A DNA stretch of 59,514 nucleotides, the filler included. It is 4 parts of 4 records of this genome, joined end to end, with 100 filler letters (N's around TTAATTAATTAA, not from the genome) between each part and the next. Parts side by side here need not be neighbours in the genome. Positions count along the whole stretch, not along the records: positions 27,674 to 52,434 come from DRR723986_6457; 3 more parts are not named here. One strand, 5' to 3'. Within the stretch, counting starts at the first letter, position 1, and each line of letters begins with the position of its first letter. The position numbers and the translations under genes are program-made. Positions 32,006 through 40,977 of the stretch are shown in pieces. The notes under the pieces are model-generated. The model searched no databases. It saw only the letters and a program-made list of their open reading frames with translations, and had not been told where the DNA came from.

Positions 32006-32347
32006 ATGGAAAAAAGTACTTCACGCCGTGCATTGCTTTTGCGCATGCTAAAATTACCTGTTGGAGGAAGCGTTCTGCTTGGATTAGCGGCTTGCGGCCG
32101 TGACAGTGATAGTTCAGTAGTCTGCGCCGACGAAAATGCCATGACTGCAGCAGAAAAAAGTTTACGCCGTACTTTAAATTATACTGAAATTTCACCAGAC
32201 CCAGCCAAAACATGCTCAGATTGTGAGTTTTTTAAAGCGGCGTCGGATGTTGGTGGGTGTGGTACGTGTGAAATGTTTGGTGGAAAACAGGCAAATTCGC
32301 GCGGTTATTGTGTGTCGTGGAGTGTTGATCCTAAGGCCGTAACATAG
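32006..32347 (+). CDS. High-potential iron-sulfur protein (HiPIP)-like Tat lipoprotein
   Basis: SRRALL twin-arginine, LAAC lipobox, LNY, CSDCEFF...CGTC...GYCVSW Cys pattern. Confidence 0.85.
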   Translation: MEKSTSRRALLLRMLKLPVGGSVLLGLAACGRDSDSSVVCADENAMTAAEKSLRRTLNYTEISPDPAKTCSDCEFFKAASDVGGCGTCEMFGGKQANSRGYCVSWSVDPKAVT

Positions 32348-32447
32348 ACCCCAAGATGCATCTTTTAGTAACGTAAATAACAAAGCCATGAATTCGGTGG
32401 GTTGAGATATTGGCTTAAGAAAGCCGTCAGGCAGATTGAGGATAAAT

Positions 32448-33704
32448 ATGGTTAAGTTTCTTTTCGGCAGGATGGCACTAAGTTTCGTTTTGTTGGTGAG
32501 CGCGCTGAATTTTTCGACCGCTGCTGGCGCAGATAGCTTGTCTGAGGTGGAGAAGGCCGGTAAATATCTCGTAGCCGCTGGCAATTGCTTAAGCTGTCAT
32601 ACAAACGAAAAGGGAAGCCCGTTTTCAGGTGGGCTTGCTTTTGAAACTGAGTTTGGAACGATATATTCAACAAACATTACTTCCGATCCAGAATTCGGGA
32701 TTGGCGAGTGGAGCCTTGATGAGTTTGAAGCGGCGGTGAGGCACGGCGAGAGACCGGACGGTGAAAACCTTTACCCTGTATTTCCCTATACCTCTTATAC
32801 ACTCATGAGCGACGAGGATGTCGCGGCGATTTACGCGTATCTTAAGACAGTTGCACCAGTGAAATATACGCCGCCGGAGAATGATCTGGGCTTTCCATAC
32901 AATCAACGCTGGACCATAGGGCTATGGAAGTCTTTGTATTTCGACGAAGGACGGTTTGAACCGCAACCGTCACAATCTGAGCAATGGAACCGTGGCGCTT
33001 ATTTGGTAGAGGGGCTTGGCCATTGCAGCATGTGTCATTCGCCGCGGAATTTTATGGGTGCCGTCGATACTGACCTCGTTATGACCGGGGGCACATATAT
33101 GACGCGCGTCGAGGGTAAGCTCTCGGCATGGTCAGCCCCTAACCTCACGTCTGCGGATAATGGCCTGGCGATGTGGCGTGAAGAAGATATCAGAGATTAC
33201 CTGAAGCATGGATATAGTGAACGTGCGGGCGTGTTCGGACCAATGAATAAAGTGGTGGTGAACAGTACACGGTATATGTCCGTGGAGGATGTGACGGCGA
33301 TGGCAGTATACTTGAAAAGCCTGCCGGCTAATTCTCAGGACACCAATCCAATTGCAGGGGATGACGCTATTAGGGCTGGGTCCATACAATATGATATTCA
33401 TTGTGGCACCTGCCACCTGCCAACGGGACAGGGGTCCCCAAATACAGGACCCACATTGATTGGTAGCCCCGTGGTTTTGGACACCAATCCATCATCGTTT
33501 ATCAATATTACTCTTTTTGGAGCGCAGACACCCAAGACCGCCCCATCAGATGAATGGCGCTTGCGACGTTGGAAGCACATGGGTCCTTTTGCTGCCAAAT
33601 TGAATAATAAACAAACAGCAAATCTTCTGAGTTTTATACGCAGCAACTGGGGTCATAAAGCAGGGGCAGTGAGCGAGGAACAAGTTGCAGCACAACGTAA
33701 TTAG
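32448..33704 (+). CDS. Triheme cytochrome c (gluconate/alcohol/aldehyde dehydrogenase cytochrome-subunit family)
   Basis: CLSCH, CSMCH, CGTCH; FGTIYSTNIT.D...GIG.W, LYP.FPY, RGAYLVEGLGHC; signal peptide; GAGGA RBS before ATG 32448. Confidence 0.93.
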   Translation: MVKFLFGRMALSFVLLVSALNFSTAAGADSLSEVEKAGKYLVAAGNCLSCHTNEKGSPFSGGLAFETEFGTIYSTNITSDPEFGIGEWSLDEFEAAVRHGERPDGENLYPVFPYTSYTLMSDEDVAAIYAYLKTVAPVKYTPPENDLGFPYNQRWTIGLWKSLYFDEGRFEPQPSQSEQWNRGAYLVEGLGHCSMCHSPRNFMGAVDTDLVMTGGTYMTRVEGKLSAWSAPNLTSADNGLAMWREEDIRDYLKHGYSERAGVFGPMNKVVVNSTRYMSVEDVTAMAVYLKSLPANSQDTNPIAGDDAIRAGSIQYDIHCGTCHLPTGQGSPNTGPTLIGSPVVLDTNPSSFINITLFGAQTPKTAPSDEWRLRRWKHMGPFAAKLNNKQTANLLSFIRSNWGHKAGAVSEEQVAAQRN

Positions 33705-33877
33705 CTTGCGTGCTACCATCTTTCTGGTTAATTTTTAATTGTTACTTTCTTTACCGATGGGGCAACGGTGGAGAGTGTTTATGCTGCAAATGATAAGTTT
33801 AACTAATTGACGTATTTTCAATTCGTTGACGGCAATAGCAGCAGGACATAGGGAGTACAAACGGGGGGAGGTCTACG

Positions 33878-35614
33878 ATGCATTTTTTTGTTATGACTTT
33901 GGTGCGCAGAACCATGGTCTATTTGCTTGCTGCACTAATGCTGATGGGTTGCTCTGAACCGGGCCCAAGTGAACCTGAAGCGCAGGGCTCCCAGCCTCGT
34001 ATGAGGCTTATTACTACGGACCAATATGTCAACACGTTGACGTATGTATTCGGGTCTAGTGTCCATACACAGGGAGAGTTCTCGCCCGCAGAGCGAACTG
34101 AGGGATTGCTAGCGAACGGTGCAGCTGTGGCCGGTGTGAGCGCTTCTCTGCTCGAGCAGTTCCAGCGGACAGCTGCCAGCGTCGCAGCTCAGGTGGTGGA
34201 TGAGGAGCACCGTCGTTATCTCATCCCTTGTAAACCGGCTTCTGAAGATGCGGCAGACAATGATTGTGCAACCGAATTTCTATCTAAAACTGGGCGCTTA
34301 TTATTTGGCCGCGCCTTAAGCGACGCAGAAGTTCAGACATATGTAGCAAGTGCCGAAACAGGGGCAGAGAGCTTGGAGGACTTCTACCAAGGGCTGGCGA
34401 CAGCATTGGAAGGAATGTTGATAAGCCCTGACTTTTTGTTTGTGATAGAAAATGCCGAACCAGATCTGGAGAACCCTGGCAAACTCCGCCTAGATGCATA
34501 CTCAATCGCATCGCGCCTTAGTTACTTTTTTTGGAATGCTAGCCCGGATGCCGAGTTGTTGGACGCCGCGGAGAGTGGTGAACTACAGACTGAAGATGGT
34601 CTCGCGCGCGCCGTTGACAGAATGTTGGCGAGCCCAAGACTAGACAATGGTATGCGGGCATTTTTCGACGATATGTTTGCGTTTGACGATTTTAATACGC
34701 TCTCAAAAGATCCGCTCATCTATCCGACTTTCACAAGTGTAACGGCTGTGGCTGCCCGCGAGCAGACGTTGCGTACGGTGATCAATCATTTAATCGATAA
34801 TGAAGAAGACTATCGAGACCTGTTCACGACACGGTCAACCTTTATATCGCCTGAATTGGCCGTACTTTACGATATGCCAGCGCCGTCTGGGTGGACGCCG
34901 TATACTTTTCCACCAGACAGTCTGAGGGCAGGATTACTTACGCATGTCAGTTTCCTTGCTTTGCACGCACACCCTGGGCGCAGTTCCCCAACGCTGCGAG
35001 GTAAAGCTCTACGTGAATTGCTGCTGTGCCAACATGTGCCACCTCCGCCTCCGGATGTTGATTTTTCGGTGATAATGAACCCTAATGCACATTATCCCAC
35101 ACAGCGAGACCGTGTGGCTGCTCATCTTGAAAGCCCTTCATGTGCTGGATGTCATAGAGTTACGGACCCAACGGGACTGTCGTTGGAGAACTTCAACGGT
35201 GAAGGGCGGGTGCGATTAACAGAAAATGATGTTCTGATTGATGCAACCGGCGACCTGGACGGCGTACAATTTGAAAATGTGGTAGGTTTGGGACAAGCAC
35301 TGCGTAACAATGCCGCTTTGCCTGCTTGTTTGGTGCAACGCCTATACAGCTATGGTTCTGGTGGGCCAACCGGTGCGCAAGACAACCAGCTACTAGAGTA
35401 TTTCAATGAGCGTTTTGCAGCTGATGGCTACCGATTGCCTAGCCTGCTTCGCACGATAGGCTTGAGTGAATCGTTTACCAGAATAACAGATGGTTGGAGT
35501 CCTGCCCCAATGGAGCAGACAGTTAGTGTTGACAATAGTTCTGAACAACACATTGCCGCCAATACTCATAGCATTGAGCCAAAAGCTCAATCTGCAGAAG
35601 GGGTGAAGAAATGA
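33878..35614 (+). CDS. DUF1592/DUF1588/DUF1585/DUF1587/DUF1595 (PSD/PSCyt3)-type lipoprotein with one c-heme motif
   Basis: LMLMGC lipobox, MRLIT..QY.NT, LISPDFLF, IASRLSYFFW...PD.EL, RAGLLT, SSPTLRG, CAGCH..TDP.G..LENF. Confidence 0.88.
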   Translation: MHFFVMTLVRRTMVYLLAALMLMGCSEPGPSEPEAQGSQPRMRLITTDQYVNTLTYVFGSSVHTQGEFSPAERTEGLLANGAAVAGVSASLLEQFQRTAASVAAQVVDEEHRRYLIPCKPASEDAADNDCATEFLSKTGRLLFGRALSDAEVQTYVASAETGAESLEDFYQGLATALEGMLISPDFLFVIENAEPDLENPGKLRLDAYSIASRLSYFFWNASPDAELLDAAESGELQTEDGLARAVDRMLASPRLDNGMRAFFDDMFAFDDFNTLSKDPLIYPTFTSVTAVAAREQTLRTVINHLIDNEEDYRDLFTTRSTFISPELAVLYDMPAPSGWTPYTFPPDSLRAGLLTHVSFLALHAHPGRSSPTLRGKALRELLLCQHVPPPPPDVDFSVIMNPNAHYPTQRDRVAAHLESPSCAGCHRVTDPTGLSLENFNGEGRVRLTENDVLIDATGDLDGVQFENVVGLGQALRNNAALPACLVQRLYSYGSGGPTGAQDNQLLEYFNERFAADGYRLPSLLRTIGLSESFTRITDGWSPAPMEQTVSVDNSSEQHIAANTHSIEPKAQSAEGVKK

Positions 35615-36948
35615 AAAACTTAAGCAGGCGCCGCGTTTTAAAGGGAATGTTAAAAGGGGGAGCGGTAACAATCGCACTTCCCATGTTAGATTGCTTTTTA
35701 AACGGAAACGGTACGGCTCTGGCTTCAGGTGCCCCAATGCCGGTCAGGTTCGGTACATGGGGTTATGGGCTTGGAATGACTGCGAATATCTTCGTGCCAA
35801 AAAAGTACGGTTCTGGTTACGACCTTCCCGAGGAAATCCAGTCATGGGCGCCGGTGCGGGACCATATAAACCTATTCACCAACGCTTCAGCTTTTCCTGA
35901 CGATTCCCCTGTACCTTGCCACCACACTGGTTGGGTCATCGGTAGAACGGGCGTTGCTCCAAAGGATGGGCAGTCCATCCCGGGTGAAACCATAGATGTC
36001 ACTGTTGCCAACCAAGTTGGTGGCACTACGCGCTTCAAGTCGCTTACCGCGACTGCAACCGCTGACGTTCGCAGCACCTATAGCTACGAGAATGCCACTA
36101 CGCCCAATGCGCCAGAGTGGTCGCCGTTGAAGTTCTATAACCGTTTATTTGGGCCGGAGTTTCCTAACCCTAATGCAGAATCCTTCACGCCTGATCCAGA
36201 AGTGATGGTTAGAAAAAGCGTTCTATCTGGGGTTATGGATCAAACACGGTCATTGATGCGGCAAGTGGGTGCAGAAGACCGTCAGCGCCTCGACCAATAT
36301 TTTACCGGATTGCGCCAATTAGAGAATCAATTTGCTCAGCGCCTTAAAAAGCCGGAACCAATTGCTGGTTGTCGCCCCGGCCAAGCGCCGATAGCCGACC
36401 CTCCTATGGACAAGACCGCGGAATCGGTGGCGCTGCGGCACCGCATGATGACGGACCTACTTGTCATGGCTGTGGCGTGCGACCAGACCCGAGTCATCAA
36501 CATGGTATACTCAGGCGCGGCATCGGTGGTTATCAAGCCGGGGTATGAGAAGCCAGCTCATACGACAACCCATGAAGAACCCGTCGATAAAAAATTGGGC
36601 TACCAGCCGAATGCTTCATGGTTTACGCGCAGAACAATGGAAAGTTGGGCTGAATTTGTTGGTGCCTTCGCAAATGTGAAAGAGGGCGATGGGACGTTGC
36701 TTGATAATATGTTGATATATGCAACGACCGATCATGGATATGCTCGATTCCACACCCTAGACGGGATGCCTGTCCTTACCGCTGGACGTGCCGGGGGCAA
36801 AGTTAAAACAGGGATGCACATCGATATGGGCGGCGGCCCTGTGACACAAGTAGGCTACACTGCTATGCGTGTGATGGGTGTGGATTCACCGTCGTGGGGC
36901 ACTAAAAGCAATAGAGTATCCTCCGCACTCGGTGACATGCTCGTTTGA
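35611..36948 (+). CDS. DUF1552 (HXXSHH-type) Tat-exported protein
   Basis: SRRRVLKG...IALPMLD, RKSVL, DRQRLDQY...LRQLE, ACDQTRV, HTTTH, EGDGTLLDN; overlaps the DUF1592 stop. Confidence 0.9.
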   Translation: MKNLSRRRVLKGMLKGGAVTIALPMLDCFLNGNGTALASGAPMPVRFGTWGYGLGMTANIFVPKKYGSGYDLPEEIQSWAPVRDHINLFTNASAFPDDSPVPCHHTGWVIGRTGVAPKDGQSIPGETIDVTVANQVGGTTRFKSLTATATADVRSTYSYENATTPNAPEWSPLKFYNRLFGPEFPNPNAESFTPDPEVMVRKSVLSGVMDQTRSLMRQVGAEDRQRLDQYFTGLRQLENQFAQRLKKPEPIAGCRPGQAPIADPPMDKTAESVALRHRMMTDLLVMAVACDQTRVINMVYSGAASVVIKPGYEKPAHTTTHEEPVDKKLGYQPNASWFTRRTMESWAEFVGAFANVKEGDGTLLDNMLIYATTDHGYARFHTLDGMPVLTAGRAGGKVKTGMHIDMGGGPVTQVGYTAMRVMGVDSPSWGTKSNRVSSALGDMLV

Positions 36949-37041
36949 GTAAATCAGTGAGTTGATTGTGCGTTTGCGAAGATATGCTGCGCGCTATCAA
37001 TTAATACAAAGATATACGCTGTATATAAATAAGGCTGGAAA

Positions 37042-38496
37042 ATGAAAAGATATGTGGACACAGCGAACCGCCGTTTCCCATTCATTTTGATGAAAAATGG
37101 ATTGCTTGCCGTAACTGTTGCACTGAGCATCAGTGCAGTCAGCGCAGCCGACACAGATGGGGCCACTTCAAGTCTTCAGGACTTTGAATATTGGCAATCG
37201 CCAAATAGCCAAATAGTGGAAGAATATGTCGACATTCCAATGCCCCCTGATTTTCAAGTGGTGGGTACAGAATTGGAAGGCCCTGTTTTTGCGGATACTC
37301 GCGGACGAACACTGTACAGGTGGCCGCTTAAAAACCTGCGCAATGGGTCAACCGGTGACCGTAAAGACGGTAATAAGTCTGTGTGTACGGATGAAGTGAT
37401 GCAGGTGACATCCGGCCTTATGAGCCCATACCCACCAGGGTTGATATTGCCTAATCTCGACCAGCGCCCGAGTTGTATTGAGGTTTGGCCGCCTGTATTT
37501 GCAGCCGAAGGTTCTGAGCCAATAGGCAAGTGGACTTTAGTAGAGCGAGATGATGGGACATCACAGTGGGCCTTTGATGGGTACCCGTTGTATTATTCGA
37601 ATTTGGATAAGCAGCCCGGCGACGTTCTGGGCGGCTCTAAAATTCAGGGTGGCGGCGGTTCGCCGGCGGGCCGCGTACCTGTAGGCCCACCTTCCGCGCA
37701 TCCACCATTATTTCAAGTTATAGCCATGACAACCGGAAGGATGATTGTCACTGAGGACCGGTATTCAGTATATAGTTTTGAAGGTGATGAGCCAAACAAG
37801 TCGAATTGCCATGACAGTTGCCTCAATAACTGGACGCCGGTACTGGCATCGGTGTCGGCGGTAGAGCAGGGCAAGTGGACAGTTATTGAACGTTCATCCG
37901 GTGTTCGTCAGTGGGCCTTCTGGGGCAAGCCGCTTTATACTTATAACCTTGATACTCTTGGTGTTAGCCGCACCGGTAGTGATTTACCAGGGTGGCATAA
38001 TGTCTATACACAGCGCTCTTTTGCCCCTCCGTCAGAACATTTCTCTGTTCAGGCTACGCGGATTGGTCATGTACTGGCAGACGCAAACGGCAAGACAATC
38101 TATGTATACAACTGCGGAGATGATGCCTACGACCAACTATCTTGCGATAATCCAGACACCGATCAGGAGTATCGTCTAGCGATATGCGGTAACAGTGATC
38201 CGGAAGTTTGTCGCGAAACGTTCCCTTATGTTATCGCGCCAGAAAACGCGTCGAGTGAAAGCCGGCTGTGGAGTGTGATGAAAATCGATCCAAATACCGG
38301 GCACCGCGCCTCTGAAGGGCAATTGGACGGGATAAATGTTTGGGCTTACCGCGCTCGGCCAGTGTTCACTTTCACAGGTGATACTGAACCAGGGGACGCG
38401 AACGGCGACGCATTCGGGGAGTTTAACGGCTACCGTAATGGCTTCAAAGCCTTCTGGTTGCGCGATGATTACCTGACAAATGCTTATAGACGGTGA
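37042..38496 (+). CDS. Secreted protein with repeated Lipoprotein_15 / Yx(FWY)xxD-type units
   Basis: Three units of G.TLY...C...W.P...W..VER..G..QWA..G.PLY...D..PGD..G; signal peptide (start may be ATG 37090). Confidence 0.75.
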   Translation: MKRYVDTANRRFPFILMKNGLLAVTVALSISAVSAADTDGATSSLQDFEYWQSPNSQIVEEYVDIPMPPDFQVVGTELEGPVFADTRGRTLYRWPLKNLRNGSTGDRKDGNKSVCTDEVMQVTSGLMSPYPPGLILPNLDQRPSCIEVWPPVFAAEGSEPIGKWTLVERDDGTSQWAFDGYPLYYSNLDKQPGDVLGGSKIQGGGGSPAGRVPVGPPSAHPPLFQVIAMTTGRMIVTEDRYSVYSFEGDEPNKSNCHDSCLNNWTPVLASVSAVEQGKWTVIERSSGVRQWAFWGKPLYTYNLDTLGVSRTGSDLPGWHNVYTQRSFAPPSEHFSVQATRIGHVLADANGKTIYVYNCGDDAYDQLSCDNPDTDQEYRLAICGNSDPEVCRETFPYVIAPENASSESRLWSVMKIDPNTGHRASEGQLDGINVWAYRARPVFTFTGDTEPGDANGDAFGEFNGYRNGFKAFWLRDDYLTNAYRR

Positions 38497-38532
38497 TGGG
38501 CTTTAAGGTCTTTGGACGCCAAGGAGTAATCG

Positions 38533-39672
38533 ATGATTAATAGCGGAAAGAATTTGCGAGCACGCATGTTAAATATGACCCATATATTGCCGCACATGGC
38601 TTTAGCGGCAACTTTGCTAAGTGGCGGCTTCGTTGCCTTGTTGACCGGCAGTGGTACAGCACTAGCCGATGCTCCTCCCAGCGGTCGAATTGCTTACGTT
38701 TTAACGAACAGAATGTATGCGGTTTACGAAACTGATGAGAGTGTTCAATGCCCTGATGGCCTAAACCTTGGTCCTCGTGAATTGTTCGCCAAGAGGTTTC
38801 CTGACGACGGTACTAAACGAACTGTTGTGGAGACGCAGTTGAAACTCGAAGGAGAGAATTGGCATTCGACGGCTACGGAAAACTTGGTAGCTCCTTACCG
38901 GGAACCGCAGGGAAATATTTCGTATGGACTTAACCTTGATGGGGAAGTTGGAGCCAATGATTTCCAAAGCCCTGACGGCGAAAGTGGGATTGATAACCAG
39001 TTTTACCGTGTGGTTGGTTGCACCAACAACTACATGAAGGCGGGTTCACTTCGTCATTTCGTCAACGTGTTTATGGTTCAGTATAACAATAATCGCTGGA
39101 TGTTCGAACTGACGGGTGTTGATGACCTGACTAACGACGATGAAGTAACTCTAACAACGTATCGTGGCCGCGACCCTTTGCTCGTGGATGCTACTGGTGA
39201 GGGGTACGTTTCTGGGGGAACACAGCGTGTTGATATGCGTTGGGGCAAAGAGTTTATCGTGAAGGTTCAAGGTAAGATCGTTGATGGTGTACTTATCACT
39301 GACCCAGTTGAGGCTATTAAGGTGCCGGCGAGCTCTACATTCAATACTAACGGATATGAGGCGTTTCTTGGCCTGCGTTTTCAGCTTGCCTTAACGTCAA
39401 AAACTGCAAAGGGGTTGATGGCTGGCTTTATGGATATCGATAAGTTCCGTCATTGGCGAAACACAACTTGGTCAACTCATCACCAGAGCTACGGACAGGA
39501 ATCTTCTAGTTCTGTATACTCTGCTTTGCGCCGTCATGCAGACGGCTATCCAGATCCTGAAACTGGGATCAATACTGCTATTTCCATGGCTCAGGAAGTA
39601 ACGTTTGTGCAGACCTATATCATGCACCCGAGCGAGGAAAAGGCACAAGTGGGTGCCGCTTCGGCTAATTAG
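38533..39672 (+). CDS. Hypothetical secreted protein
   Basis: AAGGAG RBS, signal peptide ending ALA-D, GLNLDG...GIDNQFYRVVGC, STHHQSY; co-oriented with the DUF1592 operon. Confidence 0.7.
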   Translation: MINSGKNLRARMLNMTHILPHMALAATLLSGGFVALLTGSGTALADAPPSGRIAYVLTNRMYAVYETDESVQCPDGLNLGPRELFAKRFPDDGTKRTVVETQLKLEGENWHSTATENLVAPYREPQGNISYGLNLDGEVGANDFQSPDGESGIDNQFYRVVGCTNNYMKAGSLRHFVNVFMVQYNNNRWMFELTGVDDLTNDDEVTLTTYRGRDPLLVDATGEGYVSGGTQRVDMRWGKEFIVKVQGKIVDGVLITDPVEAIKVPASSTFNTNGYEAFLGLRFQLALTSKTAKGLMAGFMDIDKFRHWRNTTWSTHHQSYGQESSSSVYSALRRHADGYPDPETGINTAISMAQEVTFVQTYIMHPSEEKAQVGAASAN

Positions 39673-39878
39673 ATGGGTTTATACCGATCAAAATAGTTAT
39701 GCGATGAGCAATTTTGCCAACTGAGGCGAGATAGGCTTAATTTGGTATGTTTAGGTGAGGGTGGTAGCCCTACCAATTGCAAGCATCACGTATGACGGCA
39801 GTATCAATATGTCGTGACTAACTAATTTAGTTAAGATCAAGGCTCGAAGTCTAAATCTATACACGTTATAGTCGGATT

Positions 39879-39912
39879 AAAGCTGCCGGGTCCTTGATCA
39901 TCGGCGGCTTTT
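39879..39912 (+). terminator. Probable intrinsic terminator downstream of the DUF1592/DUF1552 operon
   Basis: AAAGCTGCCG...CGGCGGCTTTT hairpin. Confidence 0.5.
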
Positions 39913-40054
39913 GAATTCTAAATCATTGACAAAATGACTTGCGAACAAATATTAGACCCAAGATATAACTACCATAAAATAAATTTGGTGCTGCGTTGGT
40001 CGAAGAAATGAGGCCAGTCCTTTTGTTTGGACCAGCGCATGTTGGAGCTGCAGA

Positions 40055-40864
40055 ATGAACATGAATGTTAAAACCAGTAAACCCAAAGTCTCCTCTAATG
40101 GGCCTACAGAACAGACAGTTCTGTCCGTGAAACATTATACGGATTCTTTGTTTTCATTCCGCACTACGCGACCTTCAGGTTTCCGTTTCCGCTCTGGCGA
40201 ATTTGTAATGCTGGGATTGATGGTTGATGGAAAGCCTCTAATGCGGGCCTATTCGATCGCGAGTCCTAATTGGGATGATGAGCTGGAATTTTTCTCCATC
40301 AAAGTGCCTGATGGGCCCCTTACATCGCGTCTACAAAAAATTACCATAGGCGACACAATTCTTCTTAGTCGTAAACCAGTCGGAACTTTGGTTCTGGATG
40401 CCCTGACATCTGCGAAAAATTTGTTCCTATTTTCAACAGGTACAGGTTTTGCACCCTTTGGTAGCATTATCCGAGACCCGGAAGCCTATGACAAATTTGA
40501 ACGCATTATTGTAACGCACACCTGCAGAGAAGCGGTTGAGCTTGCATATAGCAAACAGATGATAAGCGACTTGATGGAACATGAGTTTTTAGGCGAATTG
40601 GTATCGGATAAGCTGACTTATTTTGATAGTGTTACACGAGAGCCCTACCCCCGCAGCGGCCGCATAACACACTTTATCGAAACCGGAGAGTTATGCTCTG
40701 CACTCAATATGAGCCCGATGAATCCCGAAACCGACAGAGCTATGATCTGCGGTTCGAATATGATGATCAATGACACAAAAGACCTTTTGGTGAAGGCAGG
40801 CTTTACTGAAGGGGCAAATGCTGCCCCAGCGGAATTTGTCATCGAAAAAGCTTTTGTTGGTTGA
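40055..40864 (+). CDS. fpr: Ferredoxin--NADP(+) reductase (bacterial subclass I)
   Basis: FRSGEFVM.GL, RAYSIAS, GPLTSRLQ, TGTGFAPF, MICGS, EKAFVG. Confidence 0.95.
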   Translation: MNMNVKTSKPKVSSNGPTEQTVLSVKHYTDSLFSFRTTRPSGFRFRSGEFVMLGLMVDGKPLMRAYSIASPNWDDELEFFSIKVPDGPLTSRLQKITIGDTILLSRKPVGTLVLDALTSAKNLFLFSTGTGFAPFGSIIRDPEAYDKFERIIVTHTCREAVELAYSKQMISDLMEHEFLGELVSDKLTYFDSVTREPYPRSGRITHFIETGELCSALNMSPMNPETDRAMICGSNMMINDTKDLLVKAGFTEGANAAPAEFVIEKAFVG

Positions 40865-40929
40865 TGCTAGTATGATCAAGTTAATGATTTAATAGATTTG
40901 ATCAGCTCTATCGCCGACTATTGATATTG

Positions 40930-40967
40930 ACCCAGCGCGAATACATGTCCGCGCTGGGTGTTTTTTT
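40930..40967 (+). terminator. Intrinsic terminator between convergent fpr and VPS10 genes
   Basis: ACCCAGCGCG-N10-CGCGCTGGGT followed by G and T7. Confidence 0.75.
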
Positions 40968-40977
40968 AACTCAATAT

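Noticed and set aside
33805-33823. FNR-like box AATTGA-N7-TCAATT upstream of the DUF1592 gene
   Set aside because: Spacing is one base longer than TTGAT-N4-ATCAA; could be another operator but unsupported.
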